DNA from: Eledone cirrhosa
Taxonomy: Eukaryota
Assembly: GCA_964016885.1 (NCBI GenBank)
Contig: OZ024740.1
Location: forward strand, 399,342,001 to 399,406,000
Direction of reading: 5' to 3'
DNA: 64,000 bases
The notes beneath the pieces were generated by a model that worked only from the letters and a program-made list of their open reading frames with translations, had not been told where the DNA came from and ran no database searches. This document shows, piece by piece, positions 25,479 to 42,381 of the stretch; the stretch's first letter is position 1; each line of letters opens with the position of its first letter. A program made the translations under genes and the position numbers.

Positions 25479-25680
25479 TTAACTAAACACTTTTAGGCAA
25501 GCCAATACGCTCACAACATTGCCACGGGTGATGGCGAGGCTATGGCGCTGAAAATACCAGGCACCCTCACATGCATCACCTGACGCCTCAGTAAGGCGAG
25601 ACGCCAGTGATGACAAGAACTTCGTTGTCAGTGGCTCCACTTCACCTAACGTCTCGAACACCACAGGCTGGAAAAAATAA
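25479..25680 (-). pseudogene. C-terminal fragment of a CRE-clade-like non-LTR retrotransposon, just downstream of the TLR stop codon
   Basis: FQPVVFETLG...FL..L...L....G......QR.SLAI.RGN..SVL pattern, typical of the end of the restriction-like endonuclease. Confidence 0.65.
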
Positions 25681-25736
25681 TTATAAGCATTTTCCATAAA
25701 AAATTTCAAATTTCTCGTTTAAGAATGGTTAATACA

Positions 25737-25977
25737 TCAATCTTTTATCTGTATTGAATGTTTTAGACTTTTCCAGAATATCACTTCAGCAATCTCATTT
25801 TCATGCGGAAATTTAATGTAACTCTGATTCTTTATCTGTTCAAGAATTGGTAAAGGTAATAGTCTGTGGGGTATCTCCTCCAGTACGACAATAATTACTA
25901 TATTTCTTTCAGTATGAATATATTCCATTTTAGCTAAGTTATATTCAAACATACACCATTTGCTTTCTAGGAAATAT
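25737..25977 (-). CDS. Toll-like receptor copy 2, final exon (C-terminal TIR)
   Basis: Acceptor ttcttttacag| is phase-compatible with the donor at 40136 (AG+A = Arg), giving LLSR-YFLESKWCMFEY...VLEEIP...SYIKFP...FWKSL-stop. Confidence 0.95.
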
Positions 25978-26269
25978 CTGTAAAAGAACGTAAAACATAA
26001 TATAAGTATTGTGTACCTACACGCACAGATATATACATATATGTATGTGTGTAGCGAAATCTGCCCGCACCTTGATCCCTGGGTGACACTTAACGGTCAA
26101 ATTCTGGGTTACCTCTTTTTTGGCGTAAAAACAAGTCAATCGTGAGAGATCCCGCGAGGCAGGGGACAGAGGAAGCGACAGATATAAATATCCTGTCTTA
26201 GACCAGGCAAAATGCAGTTCGGAGCAGTCCCTGATAGAGTAACTATGTAAAACATTTGCTTTCTACAGA

Positions 26270-29200
26270 CCTCTTGGGGTCTACAGACCATTTACTCTCT
26301 CTTCTGGTCTTACAGACTCTCATCTTCTCTTGACACAGACTATTTCAGTATAACAAAATAGCAACAAAAACATCGTCAACTTTTCGGCGTTTCTTCGAGG
26401 CTCGGCCTCCGGATTTGCGAGCCACACCAATGTCGCTGCGCATCCACCGTGGACTCTTTCGGCTTCCACCTGCTTTCCTGTCGCCAAATTATTTTAAAAT
26501 ATCAAATTTTGCCAACTATAAAACATGAACAACACGAAGGGAACGCTGGAGAACGTCGACAGAGAAAAGAGAAAGAAAGAGGCAGATTTTAACGTTATAT
26601 CTGCTTCTGCTACTATGGACGTCGACATAGATACGACAGTCAGCAAAGGGAAAAAAATATTGCCACTTGAAGATTATACAATTTCTACCGTCGAAGCGGA
26701 AGAAATGAAAACTGAGAAATTAAACCCATTAACATACATACACATGAAAAAGTCAACATCAACAACTCCACAGATACATCTGCGCATAAAGTTTCACCTC
26801 GTCAAGGAACTGAGATTTCCAACACCGAGGCTAACAACGATAACAACAACAACAACAACACCGCACAAAAAAAATGTCTTTCGCTGAAACAGTGAACAAA
26901 AAACAAGATTTTATAAATCTTGACATCTCTAATGCAAGAGGTATGCTCCAGCAGGGGAGAAAATTTGTAACTTTCGAAGAGAAAGGTGGGTATAGAATTA
27001 ACTCACCCCTTGAAATAAAAGAAGACGCAGTTCGAAGAACAGTGATCTTTAGGACTGTATTAAATACCACGAGAAAGCCGATATTTGTTAGCCAAACAGA
27101 TATAGAAGCTACTTTTAAGGAAATTATAACAAATATCGACTTTCTCCAACGAGGAAAACAGTACGGAAGTGTTTCCGTACTGTTTAAAAGCGAGGCACTC
27201 GCCCTCAAACATTCTGTGACACCAATAGTGTCAAAAGCATTCACCTTTTTCCCTACATACATGGGAAAAAAGACACACAAAAAAATAATAAATAAACCAC
27301 CAAACATTAACATCTGGTGGATCTTAGCTGGCTTCGTAGAGCCAGAAACTGATATGATTCTTTCGATACGAAAGTCTATTCGACAAAGGTGGGCGGGTAC
27401 TGATTTGGAGATTCTGTTACAAATGAGGCCGGAGAGAACCTCCAAAATACCGGAAAGAGTCGTCATCTATGATAACAACAAAATAAACATTTCGGTAGAC
27501 GGACGAAAATTTCATTGCTTTCGCTGTGGTAGCACAGCACACCTAAAAGCCTCTTGTCCTTCACAAACACACCACAACAACATCATTAAAAAAACACTAT
27601 TACCAACACCAACACCAAAACAACCACCACAACTACCACCACCACAAGTACAACGACAGACGAAACGAGCAACCACACCAAAACAAACAGCCACTCAACC
27701 AACAGCAACAGATTAAAAACAGAGACAACACCCCTGAAGAACACAGCCCTACCCCATCCCACTCCATCAAACACTACCACAAACACACACACACCGAAAC
27801 ACCACCACCACACAACATGCCCCTACCCCACACTCCTAACGATGATTATTCATCGACGGATGAAGCTGCTTCTCCTTCTTTAAGTGAAGAAGAGGGAAAG
27901 CCGCTGAAATCTAAAAACAAAAAAAAAGAGACATCACAAAACCCGCCAAACTCCAATCACCAACACCAACACACAACCAGAGACACAAACAACAACACCA
28001 CAGTCAAAGATCACCCTACCAGCAAAACAAACACCAACACCACCCCAAACACAAGCACCCACCATAAAAAGAAAACTCCCGGACAAACAACAAACTAAAA
28101 CAACACAACAAAAACAAAAACAACAATACGCATACATCAACACAAACAACAAGAGTTTGATGGAGGTCATCTCCCAAAACTCCAAGGTGGAGACGGAGGG
28201 CAAAACCTTCGTCAAGGCAGAATCGTCTCCACACCTTAAAGTTATAAGAGTTTCTATGGAAACCTATAATGACCTGAAAAATAAATTTTCACAGGACGAG
28301 GGCAACCCCTGCCAGAAACCCATCAACCGCGTCCTGTTAAAATGTTTCACCACCCCACCCAACACCCCATCCAGCACCCAAATGGAGATTGAACAACCCG
28401 ATCTCCAGGAAACGAAAAGATAAGTGCACCTTTCGTCCTTTTTCTCCAACTCTTCTTCACCAACATGGCTAGAATGTGCCTGGCCTAGGGATGCCCTGGA
28501 AACAGGGCCAACTTTTAAACGACCTTAGGTCACACGGTATGGATGTGATAGCCATCACCGAGTCCAGGATCCACAACAGGTAGCAACTAACCCCATCTTC
28601 GACGACTTTGAGATGTACGCATCTCTCTGTCAGCCAGGAGGTGGAGGGGGAGTGGCTGTCATGTTTCGGAAGAACCTGGACGTCGAAGTACAGCAAGTAC
28701 ACTTGGACCCGGAGGGTAGACTGGTAGTCCTAGACGTGAACAGTATTGGAGGTGGAGCCTTCAGACTGGTGGCCGTTTACGACCCCACCGGGCAATCGCA
28801 ATCACGGCCAGACTTCTTTAAGCGTCTAGAGTCTTTTCTGGTAACGTCTCGCTCCTTACTTTTAGTGGGGGGCTGGAATGGGATCCTAGATGCACGATGG
28901 GACTATGTGGGAGCATGTGGCAGTAGAGGGGCGCGCAACAGCCTCAAAACTTTAATCAGCCAATTCCAACTGGCCGATAGGTATCGACTGGATTTTCCGA
29001 CTGCACCAGAGTGGACGTGGGCAAACCGCAGCGGGACATCTAGATCGTATTTAGATAGGTTCTTCATTAGAGAAAGGGACAAAGAGATGTTAAGCTGTCC
29101 ACGAATGCACATGGTTGCCTATTCAGATCACAAATTAGTCGTCTGCTTAGTCAACCGTGATAGAATACATAGACAAGGACCCGGATACTGGAAGCTGAAT

Positions 29201-31500
29201 GTGTCGTTGCCGGCACGTAAAGCTTACAGTTAACGGATAAGTAGACTAGTCAAGCAACAGTTAACGGGAGCCATCGTCAACAATAAATGGTGGTACTCTC
29301 TCAAGAAAGCAATTAGAATAGAATCGATATGGTTTAGCAGAGAGTTAGCCTTAGAGAAAAACAAAATAGAAAGAGAACTATTAGCCAAGGTAGAGGAGGC
29401 ACTTAGAAGTGGTAACGCGGCTAGAGTGTTAGCGTCGAGAACAGCACTGGACCAGTTCTTCGATGCGAAACACGAAGGCTGCGTGGTCAGAAGCAAAACA
29501 CGTGCTCTAGGAAACGAAGGAGCAAAAGCTGTCAGCTGGGCCCGAGTGGCGGAGGCGAAAAGTGGCAACAAGTCCACGATTCGGTCTTTGAAAGACCAAA
29601 ACGGACGCGTGCTACTTGACCCCAAGGAAATGTGAGCGGTCTTTCAGCAGCACTTTGCGCGATTGTTTGAGCAGAACGACGGTGAGCCGAACGGGGCAAT
29701 GGACTTTAGTTCATACCTCGACGGCCTGCCGCGTCTCTCGAACACGGACGCCGTGTTCTGCGATAGACCAATCACGGACACTGAGATACGAGACGCTCTG
29801 AGCCGCTGCGGGAAACGCAAGTCACCCGGTCTAGATGGTCTACCCTATGAGGTTTACATAGGCATGCCGGGCTTGTTCTCTGGCGTCCTCGAATCCGTCT
29901 ACTGCAATTGGCAGCAGAACGGGACAATTCCCAGTTCTGCAGGCAAGGGCGTAGTAAATCTGATCAGAAAAGACGAGAACAAGGGGGACGAAATTAACAA
30001 CTTCAGGCCCATAACTCTGCTCAACACAGAGTTAAAGATTTTGGCCAAGGTGCTAGCGACGAGGTTGCGCTTGTCGTCGAAAACCTGGTAGGGAAAGCGC
30101 AAATGTGTGCAATCCCGACCAGGTCCATACACGACACCTCCACCTCATGCGATACATCATAGAGAGGGTGGGTAGTAAACCCGGCTTCGGTGGGGCTCTG
30201 ATCAATTTGGATCAGTCTAAGGCATTCAATAGGGTCGACCATCGTCGTGAACACCTCGCGAAGATGGAACGCATGCTTTTCCAGTTTCTGTGGAAGAAGC
30301 AGGCTCCGCTGGTGAGGAGATCCGTCTGCTGTCAGCACCCTTCCAACGGAAGGCTGGGAATGCCGTGGCTGATGATGCGCAAACATGCGCTGAGGCTGCG
30401 GCATCTCCAGGTATTCCTCACCGACCCCCAACCGGTGTGGGAACCGTTTGTGAGACAGGCCTTCCCACAGCTCGTCTCGCTGACGGAGCTGCAGTCCTGG
30501 GTGAAGAAAAGACCGAAAACGATGGGCGCCTGGCACATTGAATGCGCTCAGGCGCTCACAGTCCTCTGGCAAGCGGGAGCAGCAATTAGTGGAGACACCA
30601 CTTCGACATTCTATAGAGGGATTGTACGTTACAAGGGCGACGACGTGCTCGGAGAGACTCTGGGCGTCGAAGACGATGAGCTCACCAGTCTGTTTGGTAG
30701 GACTTTCCGCCCGGGACCTATGGACAACTTCCAGAGGTCCCTGGCCTGGCAGTGCTACCAAGGAGCTCTACCGGTTCGTGACACGATCTACAGGCACGGA
30801 CGCCCCGGCAGGGATCCTTCCAAGAGGATGTGTCCAAGATGCGCGCAGGACATTGAAACAGTCCTGCACGCAATTGTACACTGCCCAGGCGTAACCGACC
30901 TGTGGAACTATGCAGAACAACTGCTGTCGCGTATGGGACAAATATAGTTGACTGCCGAGTCCATAGTAAGGATCAAACCGCCAGCCTCTTTCAAAAACGA
31001 AAGAGACGCGGTTTTCCTCTGTACGGTGGCTATGGTGAAAGAAGTTATATGGTGGACGAGGTTGAGAGGACTGAGGACAGATGCCTTTCTCTCCGGACAA
31101 CAATTGATTCCCTTCTTTAAGTATCACTTTAGAAGGAGAATCAGGGTGGAGAGAGAAGCACGGCACCCCAGTAAATTTACTGAAAGGTGGGTGAATGAAG
31201 CGAAAATGGCCCGAGTGATTGGGCTTTCTCTGTTTATAAGCCTGTAGGTTAAGGAAGAGAGCAAAATGAAGAAAGGAGCACTTGCACAACACGCTCCTGG
31301 AGTTGAGGGTTGTTCTATCGACGGGGTATTAAACAACCCATTTGTGGCGCCTCCCCCCTATTGGGGATTTCGATTGTTGTAATTGTTTGTTTTTCAATTT
31401 TTTACACGACTGCATGTAAAATCTCTGGCATGTCTTTGTATTTTCCCCTTTTCTTGTGCGCCCTTGTGGCTAATAAAGAAATATATCTATCTATCTATCA
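26270..31500 (+). mobile_element. L1/Tx1-like LINE, near full length but defective
   Basis: ORF1 pieces 26525-28423 with CCHC knuckle CFRCGSTAHLKASC. ORF2 pieces about 28445-31247 with APE, RT start (NFRPITLLN, LDQSKAFNRVDH), an internal deletion near 30243 and C-terminal CPRC...H...HC. AATAAA near 31472. Confidence 0.92.
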
Positions 31501-31639
31501 TGTACCTTTCAATTGCTATTGTAATTCGTTTTGTTTTTGTTATTATTGTTGTTTTTGTCCAGCTATAGACGTGTAGACAAATAAACAGGAATGTATGTAT
31601 GTATGTATGTATGTATGTATGTATGTATGTATGCATTTA

Positions 31640-31830
31640 GTAATGTTTCTACATTTGGCACAAGGCCAGCAATCATTTCAGTAAATTACTGGTTGTTTAT
31701 TTTATCGACCCTTTAAGGATGAAAGGCAAAGCTAACCTCGGCAAGATTTGAACTCAGAACGCAAAGGGCCATAACTCTATGCTGCAAATCATGTTGTCTG
31801 ACGCAACACAGATACTACCAAACCACCGCC
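31640..31830 (-). mobile_element. SINE-like repeat
   Basis: ggcacaaggccagca...ttatcgaccc..aaggatgaaaggcaaag...gatttgaactcagaac; reverse-complement B-box-like motif; adjacent (ATGT)n. Confidence 0.55.
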
Positions 31831-32780
31831 CGTTGTATGTATATAATAATAAATAATAAAAGCAAGGGTTCAGACGAAGTTTACATTTTTATTAGTCTTA
31901 CACACGTTTCTACAAATGAAATAAAGATTGGGTTAGTTAAAGATTCTTATGTAAATACGATTCCAGTGTATGGAAATAGAACTATCTATATACGAGTAGG
32001 CAGAAATTGTATGGAAGCTCAAAGAATGCACTGTGACTGTGATTCAAAGGGCCATTCTTGTCACACTTTGCGTAAAACTGATCTTATCTGAGGGTACACG
32101 TAATGTGAATTATTTAACAATCTATACGTTAATTCATGAGTCGGTGTTTAAATGATGGAACAACTGAGCGGACATCGTCAAAACCGACGGACAAATCAAT
32201 TATCTTCATTGTTACTTATGAAATTATCTTCTTAAATCTGATTCAGAGTGATTGTCTTATAAATATTGGTTTCTCAAATTTTTAAAATATTGATTTCTAG
32301 CATAAGCACAATATCTGAAAGATGATGGGTGGGTATAATCGATTTAATCGACTGCAGTACTTGGTTCTATCGACGGAAAAAAAATGAAAGAGTAACCTGA
32401 TCTTGGTGGGATTTGAACTAAGAATATATAGGTAGATAACTAAACACCGCGGATCATGTTCATCATTCTCCTGATTCTGTTTACTGTCTTTTTAATATTA
32501 CCAGTTGTTTAGTTTAATCACTATAATAAGTTAAAATAATGTAAAAAATTCCACATTTCAACAACCTTTAATTCCTAACATATACTACTTGAAAAATACT
32601 GATATTGCTATTTTAGCAATGTATCTAGTTTCTCTTAAACGTCTCAGCTATTAAATCATTGAATTACGCCAAAGTATTAAAGGAGAAACAAAACAATTCC
32701 TTAATATATTACTGCATATAGTGCTTCTTAATAAAGTCAAATATATACCCACATGTAAACAAAAATAGCCAAAGAAACAC

Positions 32781-32875
<95 letters not shown>

Positions 32876-32961
32876 TTAACTGTTTAGATCAGTTGATAAC
32901 ACAACCATATAAAAACAAATAATAATACAAAGCTCAAATGTGATTTATAGTCCTCAACAAA

Positions 32962-33065
<104 letters not shown>

Positions 33066-34844
33066 CAGTATATAGAGAGAAATACACAAAAAATAATTCA
33101 GAGCTCAAATGTGATTTTATAGTCCTCAACAAAATAGGTAGAAGAGAGCTCAGAGTTTAATCCCATCGGTAAATTTCCTGTCACAGTAGTTCTACAATAT
33201 CACAGAACATATATAAAATAAATCAAAATAACTGAATTAAATTACACTAAATTATATAATTGATTTACGAAGGGGAATGAGGGACAATATAAAATCTACA
33301 CTATTTCCAGGTATAATAATTATTATCGGATGGTTAGTATATTTTAATTTATTCTTTTAATTGATCTGTATTCTCCTTTCTTTTTGTAAAAAATATCTTT
33401 TTCATTCTCGTGGTTCTCCATCCCCTATGATTAAACACATACCTCTTTGTATATTTCTCTCTATATAATGATTTATAAAGAGCCGAGAATCTATTTCTTG
33501 AGCTCATCAAATTATAGGTCATTAACGTGAGTCTTTAACTCCGTTTTTTAATTTGATATATTTAAATATATAAATATACATACATATTTATATATATTTG
33601 GATGGTTAGCATGTTTGAGCCATATATTTTTTAAATAAAAAGAAATTCAAACACAAACTGGCGCGAAAGCTGATGTGCTTATTCACGTGACTGCATGAAC
33701 CAACCAAACTTCACTAATATATGAAAAAACAACCCGATCACCCCCCTTTCTTTGAAGGAAAATTATAATAACTTTGTAACGCGAACTGGCGCGAAATTTA
33801 TTATACTTATTCATCAACCAACCAAATTACTTCTCTAAAAACCTCGCATTACGAGCCACTTTTTCCCATATAAAACAGAAGTAACATTCAAAGACCAACC
33901 AGATGTGAGAAAAACCACAAACCCTCCATCACAATTCTACTTTTGAAAAGCAGAAGAACTGCGAAACCGGTAAAGGAACCAAATAAATATATATTTAAAA
34001 AAAAAAGACTCCAGTTGCATTTTCAATTTCATCTTTTTTCCTTATATATATATATATATATATAAGAAAGTAAGTCCATAGAATCATTAGATAAAATATA
34101 TACAGTATTTCTTCTCCCAATCAACATAATCAACCATACAAAGATCATTTAAACGAGGCTATAAGTTTAAAATATACCTATGAAGAAATAATAGATAAAT
34201 AAATGATAGCTTTTTATCCGCGATTCACAGCCACAGAAAATTTACTAATTTTTAGCCATTTTGAATTCGTTTCTGGCGGGGATCATTTAAGAAAAATCTT
34301 TGTCCAATTGAGTTTGTCTCCTGATGATTTCGAAACTCGTTGATTTATCCAAGATCGGATATTTCCAAAAAGCGAATGAAATCCCAGGGGGTAGAGATAT
34401 ATTTGATGATTTTGGTACGTTTATGTACATTTTTTTCTTCTAACTTTGATTTTGTACCTAATTATGTATGGTTAACTGTATGTCTAGTCAATTTCTACAG
34501 GCTATTAGAAATACTAGGTCAATTTTCAGTCGCTGTGAATCGCGGATAAAAAGCTATCATTTATTTATCTATTATTTCTTCATGGGTATATTTAAAACTT
34601 ATAGCTGCGTTTAAATGATCTTTGTATGTTGATTATGCTGATTGGGAGAAGAAATACTGTATATATTTTATCTAATGGTTCTATGGACTTACTTTCTTAT
34701 ATATTGCTCTGATCGTTGATTATTTAAGTAATTAATTCGTCATTGAGCCACATCGTGAAAGGTTGCCAAAAACATATATATCTATATATATATGGCTCTG
34801 TCTAGTTTATGTGTATATAAACTTCTAAATTATATCTATATCTA

Positions 34845-34922
<78 letters not shown>

Positions 34923-34985
34923 CATAGAAAAAGCATATAACGATATGTGCTTTTACAATTCTCCAGAGAAGCCGGAAGATGGGTA

Positions 34986-35030
34986 AATATTGCTGATGAG
35001 ATGTAATAACATCGAAACTAGTTCAATGTT
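34986..35030 (+). ncRNA. Minimal type I hammerhead, unit 1 (GUU site)
   Basis: AATATTG-CTGATGA-GATGT(aata)ACATC-GAAA-CTAG-TT-CAATGTT. Confidence 0.88.
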
Positions 35031-35454
35031 CCTGTCTGGCCCTCTGGAGAATAGAGGAAATGTGTTTCCTTGAAAACCCGTATGACTCTAAAACCCGGTC
35101 CGTCTGTGTGGTTACATACAGACTAGCTGACACTCACTGTAAAGTGTCTAGTGAAAAGCTGAGTACATGTACATATGTATACATGTGTGTATTTATATGC
35201 ATACTAATACTTCCGTATACATATGTAAATGTACACTTTAACTTAATTGTTTAAGCGTCAGTCATACAAAAGTGAGTTAGAAGCGAAACGAAATTTAATT
35301 TCGTTTCGTTATTTGTTTTTATCGTTTCCGCTGAACCGGTGCGTACAATGACTCACGTTCTATGCAAATTAGTCTACCCACTACTAATTTTCATAGAAAA
35401 AGCATATAACGATATGTGCTTTTACAATTCTCCAGAGAAGCCGGAAGATGGGTA

Positions 35455-35499
35455 AATATTGCTGATGAGATGTAATAACATCGAAACTAGTCCAATGTT
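35455..35499 (+). ncRNA. Minimal type I hammerhead, unit 2 (GUC site at 35492)
   Basis: AATATTG-CTGATGA-GATGT(aata)ACATC-GAAA-CTAG-TC-CAATGTT; fully canonical core. Confidence 0.92.
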
Positions 35500-35783
35500 C
35501 CTGTCTGGCCCTCTGGAGAATAGAGGAAATGTGTTTCCTTGAAAACCCGTATGACTCTAAAACCCGGTCCGTCTGTGTGGTTACATACAGACTAGCTGAC
35601 ACTCACTGTAAAGTGTCTAGTGAAAAGCTGAGTACATGTACATATGTATACATGTGTGTATTTATATGCATACTAATACTTCCGTATACATATGTAAATG
35701 TACACTTTAACTTAATTGTTTAAGCGTCAGTCATACAAAAGTGAGTTAGAAGCGAAACGAAATTTAATTTCGTTTCGTTATTT

Positions 35784-38528
<2,745 letters not shown>

Positions 38529-39224
38529 TAAAGTGGTCCTTCATCAGTGATCATCCAACCATCATCGATATTTTTCTTCGCTTTAAAGACAATATACCTC
38601 CGGTTGGTGCGAGCAACGGCTAAAGAAAGTCGTTGGGACACGTAAATAAAGGGAACAGCGAGAGTGTAAACAAACAAAGATGGTGAAGCAACGAAAAGTG
38701 AGGAAGAACGAGGCAAGTGCCAAATTTCCATGAATATAAGTTCGGTGAAATCGTGAACGAGAGAGAATAAAGACCATGAAACCTGGTTCAAATGTGAGCA
38801 AGGAAGAAATTCCGCACAGGTCTAACGGGAGGAAGAAGGGGTCTAGTCCGTGAATTCGGTGAACATAAGTTCTGTGAAATCGTAGACGAGAGAGAGAAAA
38901 AATGCCGACCGGCCTGGCCAAGCGTGCGAAAGAAAAGAATTACGCACAGGTCAAACGGGAAGAAGGAGGAGGATTAGAGGTATTAACAGAGAGTGAGTGA
39001 GTGAAGGGTGAGGAAGAGGCTAACAGAGAGAGTGACTGTTAGAGAGGGTAAAGATACAGAGAAAGAGGAAGCAGTAAGAACGAAATAGACGGGTCACAGC
39101 GGGGGAAAAAATATGTGTAAATATGAGAATAAACGAGTCAAGTCCCAAATTTCCATGAATATAAGTTCGGTGAAATCGTGAACGAGAGTGATAAAACACC
39201 ATCAAACCTGTATATATATATATA

Positions 39225-39813
39225 TGAGAGAGAGACTGAGCATAAGAGGAATCAAATGCTGTGTGCAGGAGAGGCGGTTGCGCTGGTATGGACATGTGAT
39301 GCGTATGAAGGATGACAGCTCCATAAAAAGGTGCAGAGCACTAGAAGTTGATGGAAACCGCGGAGTGGGGAGACCCAAGATGACCTGGGATGAGGTGATA
39401 AAAGCCCACCTTACCCAATTACACCTCTCAAAGACAATGACACACGACCGTGACTTCTGGCGTCACGCAGTAATACAGAGTACCCGACCTCCCACGGGTA
39501 CATGCTGAAGCATATAAACAATATGCCCCCACACCCCCCACCGCAAGGTGGTCGTGGAGGTGCCACGGCAAAAAAAGCACCCAGCCCACACTGTAAAGTG
39601 GACGTGTAGGCGCCACGAAAAAGCACCCAGCACTCACTGAAAATGAGGTTGGTGTTAGGAAGGGCATCCAGCTGTAGAAATCAAGCCAGATCAGTTCCTG
39701 TATGAGCAAGGCATGGTCAGCCGACCAGACACTGCACACAACAGGACAACCCGTCTAACCCATGCTAGCGTGGAAGAACGGACGTAAAACGGTGATGATG
39801 ATGATGATGATGA
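39225..39813 (+). mobile_element. 5'-truncated RTE-clade LINE with (GAT)n tail
   Basis: RRLRWYGHVMRM...GNRGVGRPKMTW...DR..WR C-terminus; 3' UTR; gatgatgatga tail. Present in unit 2 only. Confidence 0.88.
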
Positions 39814-39943
39814 CAGTATATATATATATTTATCCTTATCGAGCCCTCTTTGGATTTTAGTCTTCAAATTTATTATTATTACTATATATATATATATATG
39901 TATATTTATATATAGAGAGTGAGAGGAACAGAGGGAGAACGAG

Positions 39944-40055
<112 letters not shown>

Positions 40056-40135
40056 TACACATGTTTCGTAGTATCATTTAAAACTAAGAAGTTGTATATC
40101 AATATGGATGTCATATTTTAGTGAATGATTCTTAC

Positions 40136-42381
40136 CTGCTTAATAAAATGATACATTTACGACTGGATTGGATTGCTGATAATATATTTTCAGTTATCAG
40201 TTTACCTACAGGGAAATCCCGATGATGAATGTTTAGACGTAAATGTTCTTTCTCTTCCAATTCTGGAATCAAATAATTTAATGCAAAATCTCTATTTTCG
40301 TCCGCATAAATGACAAATGCATCATAAATATATTCATCTGTAGTGATTCTTTTATAAGAATATTTATCTCGGATCATATAATACAAGTATCGTAGTTTCC
40401 ATCTAAAATGGTAAATTAGTGAGATAACAAGAAATATTATCAGCATCAGAACAGCAAAACTTATTGCTATAATTACTCCTATAAACGGTGAACAACTGTG
40501 GTTGAGAAAGCTTATAATCACGGGAAGCCGATTGTCTGTCAATCGCCACACTGTTCCATTCGGATGAGTACATTTTGTGTACATTACCTTCAATCTAGCT
40601 GAACGACGCACTTTGTAGAGCCATGTGAGAAATTTAATTTGGTCACAGTCACATTTTAAACTATTGCTTTGCACGTTGACAGTGAGGTTATGGTTTTCAG
40701 ATATCTTTTCAATAGCATTAAAAGTGTTTACTGACAGATCGTGTATAAGGTTTCCGGATAAATCAAGATATGATAAATTTAACATATGACTAATCTTTAC
40801 ATCAAAGGTTCTCAATAAATTATTGTGTAAATTCAAGATTCTAAGATTTCTCAGATATAATAAACTATTGTTTGACAAATATTCAATGTGATTGTTTGAA
40901 AGATGGAATTCCTCGAGATTTGTTAAGTTAAGAAAAACTTTACTGAAGCCACCTTTGGCAACTTTCCTTGAAAGACCTAAGGAGTTACTTTCTAAATTTA
41001 GAACTCGTAGCCCAGAGAAAAATGTGAAGAATTCGTTACTGATGTTATTGCATTGGTTATGACTTAAATCTAGAATCCGCAATTGTTCTAATCCCCGGAG
41101 TGGACCACGCCAAGGACAAAATAAGTTGTTCGATGCATTAATTAATTGTAATGAGCTTGCATCTTTTATATGGAATGGTGGTATTGGAAATTTATATTGA
41201 CAGCCTTGTAATAATAGTGTTTGAAGAGATTTAGGAATTGTAAAACTGTAAGTTATATTTCTATTGAATAATTTATTACGAAATAGTGGTAGGATTGTTT
41301 CTGATAATGTCATACTAATGTCAATTAGTTTAATGCGAAATAAACTTTTGATTTGAGAGATATATTCTCCGTATGTTAATATGTTATTCTTCAAATACAC
41401 GTATTCCAATGTTTTGGACAGGAAAGGAATGCTATTCCAAGCAAATAATTCAATTCTATTTGAATTTAAATAAACTGTCTTCAAACTAGTCTTTTGTAAA
41501 CTACTTGTAAACACTTCTTCAATAACTGTTCCAGTATCTACGTCATGCTGCATATTATTAAAAGACAAAGTTGTGAACAAACTAGGGTTACGTAGATGAT
41601 TCATTGTAATCGGGATTCTTCTCAGTAAATCATATCTGTTAAATGAAATGGCGAGATACTCCAGATATTTGAAATTATTCATCGAGTGTATGCCAAGACG
41701 GTATAAATCACAGTAGGATAGATCCAAATGTCTTATATTGGCAACATTTTGAAATGTATAGTTTTCAATGTATTTCATAATTGAACTGTTTCTTTTTGAG
41801 GCAAAACTAATATACGTTAATTTCGACAAATTCTTATATCCGCTTCCAAATCTGGAGTATTCATTACCTGTCATGTATAAACGTTCCAGCGCAGTTAAAT
41901 GAGATATTGTATAGTCAAGATAATATGTCCTCCCATGTATTATGTTACCTCGTAATTTCAGAATTTTTACCCGAGTTAAATTTCGAAAGAGTTTTACAGG
42001 AAATGAATGAGTATTGATAGTTAGTCGATTATACTCCAATGAAAGTTCTCTCAGCGACCACAAACCTTGAAAGGTGTCTGGCAGTAACATCCAAAGTAGA
42101 TTATCGTCAAATTTAAGCACCTCTAATAATTTTAAATGCCTCAAACTATTATTAAGTGGAATATGTGTAATGAGATTTCGACTTAAATCTAATAATGTGG
42201 TATTTTCTGGAAAATAATCGGGTATTTCATTTAGATTTTGGTCAGTACAAACTACCGAACAATGATTTAGTTCCATATCAGTACAGCTGCAAACACCAGG
42301 ACAGTCTATTTGACAATTTGCAGTCACTGTAATGAAGTAACCAAATACGATAGTGTATATGCTGGTCATCGTTATGCACAT
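40136..42381 (-). CDS. Toll-like receptor copy 2, large coding exon (splices to 25977-25737; 828 aa total)
   Basis: Same architecture as copy 1; donor AG|GTAAGA at 40136/40135; acceptor at 42392. Confidence 0.95.

Larger units (their letters stand above)
34919..35787 (+). mobile_element. Non-coding 469-bp tandem repeat (about 1.85 units) with one hammerhead per unit; retrozyme-like or PLE pLTR dimer
   Basis: 34921-35318 recurs at 35390-35787 almost identically; inserted in (TA)n; absent from unit 1 (4680-4775). Confidence 0.88.

Noticed and set aside
26050-26267. TGTAG...CTACA-bounded segment resembling a solo LTR (a similar one at 50045-50321)
   Set aside because: No target-site duplication, adjacent PBS/PPT or second copy; 5-bp inverted ends can arise by chance.
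30021-30761. 246-aa minus-strand ORF
   Set aside because: Antisense shadow of the GC-richer LINE ORF2 with no recognisable motifs.
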